A stretch of DNA of 64,000 nt from Candidatus Mycalebacterium zealandia (GTDB taxonomy: Bacteria > Desulfobacterota_D > UBA1144 > Nemesobacterales > Mycalebacteriaceae), in NCBI GenBank assembly GCA_014075295.1, contig CP046180.1, forward strand, positions 554,040 through 618,039, written 5' to 3'. The translations under genes and the position numbers were made by a program. Every line of letters starts with the position of its first letter. Positions within the stretch are counted from its first letter, which is position 1. This document shows, one piece after another, positions 55,660-64,000 of the stretch. Below the pieces are notes generated by a model. The model did no database searches and was not told the DNA's origin. It saw only the letters and a program-made list of their open reading frames with translations.

Positions 55660-57216
55660 ATGGCAACAAGAAGCAAAACAAAATCTCCGGCAAATTTCCT
55701 TGCGCCGAACGGTGTTCAAACCTCCGGGCGCGTGTTTGCGAACTTGACTGTTCCCGAACTTTACGAGGAGGCGCTTCGCAGAAAAGAAGCCTTTCTCGCA
55801 ACCGGCGGCGGACTTGTCGCCTACACTGGAAAGCACACCGGGCGTTCTCCTCTTGACCGCTTTATTGTAAGAGATTCATATACGGAAAAATCCGTAAACT
55901 GGGGCAAAGTCAATCAGTCCATCAGCCCCACAAAGTTTGACGCGCTCTACAAGAAAGCCGCCAAATACCTGTCAAAAAAAGATGTTTTCGTGCGAGACCT
56001 TGCGGTCTGTTCTCATCCTAAATACCGTTCTTCAGTCAGGGTTATAAATGAATTCGCGTGGCACAACATCTTTGTAAACAACCTGTTTGTCAGATCCCCA
56101 AAACCTTCAGGCAAAAAAACGGACTTTACGGTTCTTTGTGTGCCCGGATGCAAGGCTAATCCCGGAAAGGATGGCACGAATTCTGAAACCTTTGTGATTC
56201 TAAATCTTAAAAAGAAAATCGCGCTAATCGGCGGAACTCAATATGCCGGAGAGATGAAGAAATCCATTTTCACGATGCTTAACTTTCTGCTTCCCGACAA
56301 GGGCGTATTTCCGATGCATTGCTCGGCCAATGTAGGGAAAAAGGGTGATTCAGCGCTTTTTTTCGGACTTTCGGGAACCGGGAAGACAACTCTTTCCGCC
56401 GACCCCGAACGCAAACTGATAGGAGACGATGAGCACGGCTGGTTTACCGGAGGAGTTTTCAATTTTGAAGGCGGATGTTACGCCAAAGCAATACGGCTCA
56501 ATCCCGAAACTGAGCCCGAAATTTACTCGGCCTCCATGCGTTTCGGCTCAATCCTTGAAAATGTTGAGATTGACGAGAGGAACCGCGAGATTGATTTCAA
56601 CAGTTCCAAACACACTGAAAACACAAGGGTTGCCTACGAGATAGACGCTCTGCCCGGAATCGTGGAGAGCGGATTCGGAAAGACTCCGAAAAATATTTTT
56701 ATGCTCACATACGATGCGTTTGGCGTTCTTCCTCCAATCTCAAAACTGACTTCAAAACAGGCGATGGAGTTTTTCCTACTCGGATACACGGCGAAGGTTG
56801 CCGGAACCGAGCGTGGCGTTAACGAACCGCAGACAACTTTCAGTTCCTGTTTCGGTGCGCCGTTTCTGCCGCGCGCTCCTCATTTCTATGCGAAGATGTT
56901 GGAAGACAGAATGAAAAAATCCGGCGCGAAAGTATGGCTTCTGAATACGGGCATTTCCGGTGGCCCCTACGGAATCGGTAAAAGAATGCCGTTGCCGCAG
57001 ACAAGGGCTCTGGTTAGAGCCGCGCTTGACGGCACACTTGGAAAAGGCGGTTTTCTTGAAGTTCCGGTTTTTGGTCTCAAAGTTCCCAAAATATGTCCAA
57101 AGGTTCCTTCAAAACTGCTCCAACCCAGAAAATGTTGGAAGAGTCCGAGGGAGTATGACAAAAAAGCGACGGAACTCAAAGACAAATTTGCACATGAATT
57201 GCTCAAGTTTAAATAG
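55660..57216 (+). CDS. pckA: phosphoenolpyruvate carboxykinase (ATP)
   Basis: GLSGTGKTTLSADPERKLIGDDEHGW kinase-1a motif and PEPCK-ATP family length. Confidence 0.85.
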   Translation: MATRSKTKSPANFLAPNGVQTSGRVFANLTVPELYEEALRRKEAFLATGGGLVAYTGKHTGRSPLDRFIVRDSYTEKSVNWGKVNQSISPTKFDALYKKAAKYLSKKDVFVRDLAVCSHPKYRSSVRVINEFAWHNIFVNNLFVRSPKPSGKKTDFTVLCVPGCKANPGKDGTNSETFVILNLKKKIALIGGTQYAGEMKKSIFTMLNFLLPDKGVFPMHCSANVGKKGDSALFFGLSGTGKTTLSADPERKLIGDDEHGWFTGGVFNFEGGCYAKAIRLNPETEPEIYSASMRFGSILENVEIDERNREIDFNSSKHTENTRVAYEIDALPGIVESGFGKTPKNIFMLTYDAFGVLPPISKLTSKQAMEFFLLGYTAKVAGTERGVNEPQTTFSSCFGAPFLPRAPHFYAKMLEDRMKKSGAKVWLLNTGISGGPYGIGKRMPLPQTRALVRAALDGTLGKGGFLEVPVFGLKVPKICPKVPSKLLQPRKCWKSPREYDKKATELKDKFAHELLKFK

Positions 57217-58783
57217 TTTTACATCCGGTGGCGGGTTCCGGTTTTTCACACAATTTCGGCAAAATTTTTCTGTTCGCGCATTGGTTTTCTTTGTAATACC
57301 TGTTTTTCTTCTTTCAATATTTCCCCTTCACGGCGCGCTGGCGCGAGACGATTCTTCAATAAAGAAATCGGTTGTGCGGATTCATGTTCAAAAAACAATT
57401 CCGTCTTATAAACAGCCGTGGATAGTCAATAAACCTTCTTCGCATTTCGGCTCCGGCTGCATAATTTCGCGTTCTCATATTCTGACAAGCGCGCACGTGG
57501 TTTCGCATGCCGCGTTTATCCACGTGAGCAAATTCGGCGACCCTAACAAATACACCGCTGACTTGCTTTTCATCTCTCATGAAGCCGATTTGGCGATTCT
57601 TACCGTCAAAAAAAGAGAGTTTTTTGAAGACACAAAGCCAGTGCAAATAAGACGCAACCTTGTTCACACTCAGGACGAAGTGGCGGTTTACGGGTTTCCC
57701 ATAGGCGGCGAGACTTTGAGCGTTACGCGTGGAATTGTGTCGCGCGTGGAGCATGAAATTTACTCTCACAGCGTTTACCAGCTTCTTATGTCGCAAGTAG
57801 ATGCTCCAATCAATCCCGGCAACAGCGGCGGCCCCGTTATTGTCAAGGGAGAGCTTGTGGGAATTGTAATTCAGGCGCTACACAGGGGCAGGTCTGAAAA
57901 CATCGGATACATGGCTCCCGCGCCGGTGATAGACCATTTTCTTGACGACATCAAAGACGGCTCATACGATGGATTTCCCGTTCTTGGAATAGTCGCGCAG
58001 ATTGCACAGAATCCGGACTTGAGGAAGAAAAAACTTGTTTCCGATCAGGGCGGCGGAGTTCTTGTAACATATGTGGTCCCCGGCTCTCCGGCTGATGACG
58101 GAATTCTCAAAGGCGACATTCTTCTGACTGTTGACGGCGTGGAGATATTTTCTGACGGCACGGTGAATTTCAGGGGCGATGAGCGGACAAATTTTTCATA
58201 TCTGGTTGATTCCCGCCAGATAGGTGAAGAAATCACGGTTGAGGTTTTAAGGGACGGCAGGAAGATGGAGTTTGAAATTTCGCTCACAAAAGGCGGCGAC
58301 GCTCTGCGTCTTGTCAATTCAAACTACACCGTTCCGAGTTATTACATATTAGCCGGATGCGTGTTTTCCCCTCTCACCTTCAACTATTTGAGAGAGTGGG
58401 GGCGGCGCTGGCTTCTGGAGGCGCCGAGCGAACTGCTTTCAAAACTCAGCCATAACGTGAAGCGGTTTCCGGGAGAAGAGGTCGTAATTCTGATACGGGT
58501 TCTCCCGTCCGAGATTAATTACGGTTATCACGAAACCCGGAACTGGATAGTGAGCAAAGTAAACGGAACAAAGATAGAAAATATGAAGCATCTGGTAAAG
58601 GTTGTTGAGTCCAAAATCGCGAGTGAGAAATTTATAACTTTTGAAAATCCCCACGGTGAGCAGATTGTTTTTTCGTCCGGAAAAGCTAAGCAAAGCGGAG
58701 CACCGTTGCTCTCCACTTACCAGATTCCAAAAGACAGGTCGCCCGACCTTGTTGTTCCCATTTTTGAGTCCATCGGGCTTTAG
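57194..58783 (+). CDS. secreted trypsin-like serine peptidase (S1 family) with C-terminal PDZ-like domain
   Basis: Signal peptide, His in TSAHVV, Asp in EADLAIL, Ser in GNSGGPV. The start is uncertain: the frame is open from 56960 and overlaps the pckA 3' end. Confidence 0.65.
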   Translation: MNCSSLNSFTSGGGFRFFTQFRQNFSVRALVFFVIPVFLLSIFPLHGALARDDSSIKKSVVRIHVQKTIPSYKQPWIVNKPSSHFGSGCIISRSHILTSAHVVSHAAFIHVSKFGDPNKYTADLLFISHEADLAILTVKKREFFEDTKPVQIRRNLVHTQDEVAVYGFPIGGETLSVTRGIVSRVEHEIYSHSVYQLLMSQVDAPINPGNSGGPVIVKGELVGIVIQALHRGRSENIGYMAPAPVIDHFLDDIKDGSYDGFPVLGIVAQIAQNPDLRKKKLVSDQGGGVLVTYVVPGSPADDGILKGDILLTVDGVEIFSDGTVNFRGDERTNFSYLVDSRQIGEEITVEVLRDGRKMEFEISLTKGGDALRLVNSNYTVPSYYILAGCVFSPLTFNYLREWGRRWLLEAPSELLSKLSHNVKRFPGEEVVILIRVLPSEINYGYHETRNWIVSKVNGTKIENMKHLVKVVESKIASEKFITFENPHGEQIVFSSGKAKQSGAPLLSTYQIPKDRSPDLVVPIFESIGL

Positions 58784-59202
58784 CCCAGAACTTCAAACTT
58801 CCGCCCTTTCAGCACATTCTTTAGTTTGAAGAATTTTATGTAACTTCTTTTTTTGTAATATCTGCCGGTAACCATCAGTTTGTCGCCCGTTTTAAGCCGC
58901 GCGTGCTTTCCCCTCAAATAGACAAGCATAGGCGTGCCGCCTCCGGAATCTTCCATTTTGAATACCGTATAGTCATTTCCTTTATGGTGTTTTGTTTCCA
59001 CTTTGGATGAGATTTTCCCCTTGGTCAGTATTACTTTTCTGTGATATTGACCGGGGCTGTCCGTTACTTCCCGTATGGAAGCGGGAAGCGGGTTGTTGTA
59101 TCCGTTTTGAGCCGCGTGCGCATCTACATTTTGAAAAGTTAAAAGTGCTCCCGTGAGAATAACGGCAAGATTGCCCACGGTAAAAAACCTTGTTTGTTTC
59201 AT
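58780..59202 (-). CDS. small secreted OB-fold protein, YgiW/BOF-like
   Basis: Signal peptide and a roughly 110-aa body with the pattern PGQYHRKVILTKGKISSKV...YTVFKMEDSGGG...LKTGDKLMVTG, which resembles the BOF family. Confidence 0.4.
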   Translation of the reverse strand: MKQTRFFTVGNLAVILTGALLTFQNVDAHAAQNGYNNPLPASIREVTDSPGQYHRKVILTKGKISSKVETKHHKGNDYTVFKMEDSGGGTPMLVYLRGKHARLKTGDKLMVTGRYYKKRSYIKFFKLKNVLKGRKFEVLG

Positions 59203-60608
59203 TTTTTCCTGAGCGACGCAGACCCTGTCATCGCGCGCGCATCAAGCAGGGAGTCCAGTTCTTTTTTTGGAAGTATCTTTTTTTCTTCAGCCGTTTCCCT
59301 CACGGTTTTGTTTTTCTCATACGCCTCTTTCGCTATGGCAGCCGCGGAGTCGTATCCAATTACGGGCGCGAGGCTTGTGCACATCGCAAGACTTTTTTCA
59401 ATACTTTCTTCGCACTGTTCTTTGTTTGCCATTATGCCGTCCACGCATTTTTCCGTGAACACTTCGCATATGTTTGAAAGCAAGGAAACCGAGTTCAGAA
59501 GGTTATTCGCCATCATGGGCATCATAACGTTGAGCTCAAAGTTTCCGCTCTGCCCCCCCACTGTTATCGCGGAGTCATTTCCGATTACCTGAGCGCACAC
59601 CTGAGTGAGTGATTCCGCCATCACGGGATTGACCTTGCCGGGCATTATTGAAGAACCGGGCTGAACGGCGGGAACATCTATTTCTCCGAAACCGCAACGG
59701 GGCCCGCTTCCGAGCCAGCGGATATCGTTTGAGATTTTCATCAAACTCGTTGCAAGAGTTTTCAGCGAGCCGCTCATCTGTACAACCGCGTCTCTGCCGC
59801 TCTGGGCTTCAAAGTGGTTTTTCGCTTCAACAAAACGTGTTCCCGCGAGGCGGCTTATGCGCGCCGCCGTTTTTAATCCGAATTTTTTGTGCGTGTTGAT
59901 TCCCGTGCCGACCGCTGTGCCTCCAAGCGCGAGCTCTCTCAGCCCTTCGCATGAGTGTTTTATATCGCGCGTTCTTTGCGAAATCATCGCGGCATATCCG
60001 CCGAATTCCTGTCCCAGCGTTACCGGAGTCGCATCCTGAAGATGAGTTCTGCCTATCTTCACAACGGACGAGAAGGCGCGCGATTTGCGCGCGAGGGATT
60101 TTTCAAGTTTCGCGAGCGCGGGCAGGAGTTTTTCGTGTATTTCAATCAGCGTGGAGATGTGAGTTGCCGAAGGTATAACGTCGTTGCTTGACTGTCCCAT
60201 GTTTACGTGATCATTGGGGTGAACGGGCGATTTGTCGCCGATTTTTCCGCCTAAAATCTCATTCGCTCTGTTTGCTATAACCTCGTTGGCATTCATATTT
60301 GTTGAGGTTCCGGAACCGGTCTGAAAAACGTCCACAACGAAGTGCGCGTCCAGTTTTCCGTTCACAACCTCGCCCGCTGCGGAAACAATAGCTTTGCCGG
60401 CGCGTTTGCCAAGCAAGCCCAGCTCCATGTTGGTTTGAGCGGCGGCGGATTTTATGATTCCGACCGCTGAGGTGAATGAGCGCGGAAGAGTTGTGCCGCT
60501 TACCGGGAAGTTTTCAACGGCTCTTGCCGTTTGCGCCCCGTAATAAGCGCCTGCGGGAACCCGCATTTTTCCCATTGAGTCGGATTCAATTCTTGTTTTT
60601 GTTTTCAT
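59199..60608 (-). CDS. class II fumarate hydratase / aspartate ammonia-lyase family enzyme
   Basis: Signature GSSIMPGKVNP and N-terminal MGKMRVPAGAYYGAQTARAVENF. Start at Met33 of the ORF, with RBS upstream. Confidence 0.8.
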   Translation of the reverse strand: MKTKTRIESDSMGKMRVPAGAYYGAQTARAVENFPVSGTTLPRSFTSAVGIIKSAAAQTNMELGLLGKRAGKAIVSAAGEVVNGKLDAHFVVDVFQTGSGTSTNMNANEVIANRANEILGGKIGDKSPVHPNDHVNMGQSSNDVIPSATHISTLIEIHEKLLPALAKLEKSLARKSRAFSSVVKIGRTHLQDATPVTLGQEFGGYAAMISQRTRDIKHSCEGLRELALGGTAVGTGINTHKKFGLKTAARISRLAGTRFVEAKNHFEAQSGRDAVVQMSGSLKTLATSLMKISNDIRWLGSGPRCGFGEIDVPAVQPGSSIMPGKVNPVMAESLTQVCAQVIGNDSAITVGGQSGNFELNVMMPMMANNLLNSVSLLSNICEVFTEKCVDGIMANKEQCEESIEKSLAMCTSLAPVIGYDSAAAIAKEAYEKNKTVRETAEEKKILPKKELDSLLDARAMTGSASLRKK

Positions 60609-60757
60609 CAGCCGTGCCTCCGGGGAGAAAAAAACTTTTCGTAAGATTTTTAGACTACTGAACGGCGGCGCGGTGCGCAATACGGCATGATTTTCGCTTG
60701 ACACGGGCGGAGCGGAAATTACATTACTGCCACAAAAACAATGAAGAGAGGTTAGAG

Positions 60758-61087
60758 ATGTCCGAAGATGATGTAATTGAACTTAGTGATTCCGCTTTTG
60801 AGAGCGAGGTACTCCAAAGCGACATTCCGGTGCTTGTTGATTTCTGGGCTCCCTGGTGCGGACCGTGTAAGGCAATCGCGCCGACCGTGAGCCAAATCTC
60901 GCGTGATTTTGCGGGCAAAATCAAAGTGGGCAAAATCAACGTGGACGAAAATCAGCAAACTTCCATTCAGTTTGGAATACGCAGCATTCCCACATTGCTA
61001 ATTTTCAAAGATGGTAAAATTGTTGACCAGATTATAGGAGCTGTTTCGCAGACGGACCTTGAAAATTCCGTCAACAAAGCGCTTTAA
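60758..61087 (+). CDS. trxA: thioredoxin
   Basis: VLVDFWAPWCGPCKAIAP active site. 109 aa. Confidence 0.85.
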   Translation: MSEDDVIELSDSAFESEVLQSDIPVLVDFWAPWCGPCKAIAPTVSQISRDFAGKIKVGKINVDENQQTSIQFGIRSIPTLLIFKDGKIVDQIIGAVSQTDLENSVNKAL

Positions 61088-61103
61088 CCTGCGGGCAAAT
61101 ACA

Positions 61104-61388
61104 ATGGCAAAATACATAATGCTGAGCACTCTCACGGACGAAGGGCGAAAAACCGTCAAGATGCGTCCCGAGAGAATCAAAGAGGTCAACAAAGAGATAG
61201 AAAAAATGGGCGCAAAAGTTATTGCGCAATACGCCGTGCTTGGACTGTACGATTTTGTCAACATCATTGAGGCTCCCGACAACGAAACTATAACGCGGAT
61301 TTCAATTGAACTCGGCTCAAGAGGCACGGTTCAGTTGCTCACACTTTCCGCAATCACCATTGACAGTTTTGAGAAACAATTGTCTTAG
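61104..61388 (+). CDS. GYD-domain protein
   Basis: MAKYIMLSTLTDEGRKTVKMRPERIKEVNKEIEKMGAKVIAQYAVLGLYDFVNIIEAPDNETITRISIELGSRGTV follows the GYD family pattern end to end. Confidence 0.65.
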   Translation: MAKYIMLSTLTDEGRKTVKMRPERIKEVNKEIEKMGAKVIAQYAVLGLYDFVNIIEAPDNETITRISIELGSRGTVQLLTLSAITIDSFEKQLS

Positions 61389-61398
61389 CGGGATTTTT

Positions 61399-62835
61399 TC
61401 AGAAGCGAAGTTGAATTTCCGTTATGACCGTTTGCGACACCGTGTTGTCATCGTGTCCTGAAACCGGAATTTGCAAAGCCACCGAAGGTGAAAGGAAACG
61501 CCCCAGACGTATTCCCGTTGTGAAGTAAGAGTTGTTTTTATTCCCGCTTTTCATCGAAATAATTCTGTTTCCTGAAAATTCCGCGGACACCCGGGCCGCG
61601 ATATTGATCGGAAGCGCCAAACTCAGCGAGACTCCGTATTTCAGGATTTTTTCCGATTCATCACCCTCAAAATCCTCCGCTTTTTTCACAATAGTTAAGG
61701 CGGCGTTTGTTTCAAGTGAAAGCGCTCCCATACTCACGCCTACGCCCACAAAAGGCGTAAACGCGTAGGAATCACGCAGATAAACCGGAAGGTCGCGCCT
61801 GTAAAGGTTTTTGATTTGTTCGAGCCTTCCCACATTGTCTTTGTGGATTGTCGGCAGATGAGACTCAAAACCCACCGCCAGCCAATACGCCGGTGTTTTC
61901 ACAAACGCGTATTTTGCACCGAGCCGAAAGTTTGAAAGTTCATAGCCGTCTCTGGGCAAGTGAAAGTTGTTGATTCCCGACTGGTTGAATATCACATACA
62001 GGCTTTTGCGATAATCGTTTGACGGCACCTCCGCCTTGAGGTTGTAGAGAACTATTTGCCCGGTTGAGTCCTGCGCTCCGGAAACTTCAAGCCGCGCCCC
62101 GGTGTATCCCCTTGGCAATGCGGAGTAAAATGAGTGCGGAGAGTTTTGTTCAATTGCAAGGTCCTTCCACGGCACATGCGATATGTCGAAATTCTGCAAA
62201 TATTCGAAACGCCCCGCCAGCGGATTTATCAGTGCGACCCGTCCGTTTTTCACAAAGTTTCTCATAGGGTTGATGAGATGGGCGAAGAAGGTCGCCGTAG
62301 GGTTGTTTTTTTCAATCAGAAAATCTGAAATATTTGATGCCGCAAAACCGAACATCGCTCCGAGCACGGGAGTGGAAATGAGGTCGGGAAGCGAAGGGGT
62401 TTCAACAAGTCCCTCGACCGTGTATTCAAAAATTGTGCTTTGAAGCGCCGAGCCCAGCGCCGAACCCCAGAATCCATACCCCATTTCATTGTAATACAGG
62501 TAAGACACATACCCCGCGAAGGGATGAGCCACATAGTTTGTTAAAAACTCATCGCCATCATCGGTTTGGGGCGCTTGAGAGATGTGGTCCCACCATGTTG
62601 ACAGCGAAGTTTTGTATATACGCTCATTTTTGTTGCGGACGTAAAAAAGTCTGAACGCCCATATTGAGCCGTAGTAAATCCCGCTGTCTTTGAGAAACTG
62701 TTTGCTGACGATTTTTCTTGGAGCGGGAGACGTGTTTTCACCGCTTTGCGCAATGGTTGCCGGTGGCGAAAGCACAAGAGCAAAACTCAGAAGCAGCAGA
62801 GCCGCAACGCGGCATTTTTTCATGCCCGGAGTCAT
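61399..62835 (-). CDS. secreted hypothetical protein, probable outer-membrane beta-barrel
   Basis: Signal peptide CRVAALLLLSFALVLSPPATIAQ. C-terminus ...VITEIQLRF ends in an aromatic residue with alternating hydrophobics, the OMP beta-signal. No recognisable family. Confidence 0.35.
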   Translation of the reverse strand: MTPGMKKCRVAALLLLSFALVLSPPATIAQSGENTSPAPRKIVSKQFLKDSGIYYGSIWAFRLFYVRNKNERIYKTSLSTWWDHISQAPQTDDGDEFLTNYVAHPFAGYVSYLYYNEMGYGFWGSALGSALQSTIFEYTVEGLVETPSLPDLISTPVLGAMFGFAASNISDFLIEKNNPTATFFAHLINPMRNFVKNGRVALINPLAGRFEYLQNFDISHVPWKDLAIEQNSPHSFYSALPRGYTGARLEVSGAQDSTGQIVLYNLKAEVPSNDYRKSLYVIFNQSGINNFHLPRDGYELSNFRLGAKYAFVKTPAYWLAVGFESHLPTIHKDNVGRLEQIKNLYRRDLPVYLRDSYAFTPFVGVGVSMGALSLETNAALTIVKKAEDFEGDESEKILKYGVSLSLALPINIAARVSAEFSGNRIISMKSGNKNNSYFTTGIRLGRFLSPSVALQIPVSGHDDNTVSQTVITEIQLRF

Positions 62836-63998
62836 TGAATTTTTTCCGTTGCGGATGAAGCGAATAAAAGAATTTTCGAAACCCTGTCTTCCCATGTATA
62901 CTCGCCGGCTTTTTGTCGCGCCGCACTCCCGATTTTCTCTGAAAATCCCTCATCGTCAAGGCAGCGACGAACCGCGAGCCCAAATCCCCGCGTGTCTCCC
63001 GGAGCGGTCATGACGCAATTCTCTCCATCTTTTAGAATGTCGGCAACCGAGGGAATCGCTGTCGCCACTATGGGTTTGCCCGCCGCCATATACTCAAAAA
63101 GTTTCATCGGCGAGGTGAACTCCGCGGCATTTATTCCGCCTTTTATGGTTATGTGTTCGGTGTACGGGAGCACAAGCAGGTCCGAAGCAAGCAGATAGGC
63201 GGGCACTTCGGTATGCGGAACGAAACCTTTCATTACGAAGTTGTCAAGCGCCTTTTTCCGGGCGGCTTCAATATACGGCGCGTTATCCTCATCGCGTCCG
63301 CCGACTATAAGAAAAAACGCGTCTTTTGTTTCCTTCGCAATGTCTAACAGACTTTCAATTCCTCTGCCTGCGTATGTGTTTCCGCAGTAACACACAATTT
63401 TTTTATCCGCCGGAAGATTCAACTGTTTTCTTATACTCGCTTGAGGCGGGCGGTTTTCAAAATTCTCCGTTTCAACCCCGTTATGAGCGACAATGGTTTT
63501 TTCTTTCGCAAGTCCGTCCCGCAGGTATATGCGCCGCAATCCCTCGCTGTTGAACGAAACCGCTGCGAGCGAGCGCGAATTTTGAAAAGATTTGAAGAGC
63601 AGGCGCGCTGCGGTGTTGACGGGCGGATGGTGCGCGTCATAAACGGTCGCAATTCCCATGGCGGTGAGAATGGATGTGCAGATTATGTTCCGGGTTACAA
63701 CAAGATCAAAGTTCCGCCTGTTTGAAAAAGCGTGGAAAGCCGCCGCAAGTCCGTGAGAAAGTTGTCGCCCCTTGTGTTTTGTAAAAGGCAGGGATTTCAG
63801 ATTGAAAGGTTTTTCAACACCGTAGCATTTAAAAATTTTATCCGTCTCAAAACTTCCCGGAACAACGGCTTCAAACTCCACCCCGAGTTTGGCAAACGCT
63901 TTGCACATTTCCATTGCGTGAACCCCGTAAGCGCCTCTGGAAAAAAGTTCCGGGCTGGCTATGTAGCAAATTCGGGGTGAATTTAGAATTTTCCGCAT
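62832..63998 (-). CDS. glycosyltransferase family 4
   Basis: GT-B fold. C-terminal E-X7-E-like region FVLPYTEHITIKGGINAAEFTSPMKLFEYMAAGKPIVAT. ATG at 63998. Confidence 0.75.
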   Translation of the reverse strand: MRKILNSPRICYIASPELFSRGAYGVHAMEMCKAFAKLGVEFEAVVPGSFETDKIFKCYGVEKPFNLKSLPFTKHKGRQLSHGLAAAFHAFSNRRNFDLVVTRNIICTSILTAMGIATVYDAHHPPVNTAARLLFKSFQNSRSLAAVSFNSEGLRRIYLRDGLAKEKTIVAHNGVETENFENRPPQASIRKQLNLPADKKIVCYCGNTYAGRGIESLLDIAKETKDAFFLIVGGRDEDNAPYIEAARKKALDNFVMKGFVPHTEVPAYLLASDLLVLPYTEHITIKGGINAAEFTSPMKLFEYMAAGKPIVATAIPSVADILKDGENCVMTAPGDTRGFGLAVRRCLDDEGFSEKIGSAARQKAGEYTWEDRVSKILLFASSATEKIQ

Positions 63999-64000
63999 TG

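Overview
This 64 kb window is a bacterial chromosomal segment of about 50% GC. It is mostly housekeeping operons with three accessory insertions. CcmE with a CXXXY variant and a cobA-hemD fusion suggest a Desulfovibrio-like deltaproteobacterium; this is an inference. Housekeeping genes are ccmE-ccmF plus a c-type cytochrome, a cobA/hemD fusion, uvrB, the rimP-nusA-infB-rbfA-nrnA-truB-rpsO-pnp-miaA block, ccmH, rsmG, addAB, a DtxR/MntR-regulated tro-like metal ABC operon, and def-aminotransferase-tpiA-secG-ferredoxin-nth, pckA, fumC/aspA and trxA. Three tRNAs are present: Lys(TTT), Glu(TTC) and Arg(CCT). The first accessory element is a decayed DNA methyltransferase pseudogene followed by a small HNH nuclease (4.1-5.1 kb). 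The second is a polysaccharide-type cluster of flippase, GT2, GT4, an FtsX-like permease and a large membrane protein. The third and main one is a compact type II-C CRISPR-Cas9 locus at 26.2-31.2 kb. It has cas9 (1062 aa), cas1 and cas2 on the minus strand and a 4-repeat, 3-spacer array of 36-bp repeats. I also predict a divergently transcribed tracrRNA with its own sigma70-like promoter and intrinsic terminator, and the repeats end in a TACAAT -10-like element as in Neisseria-type II-C arrays. Coordinates that I derived by hand (tRNAs, tracrRNA, hairpins) may be off by 1-2 nt; coordinates taken from the ORF track are exact.
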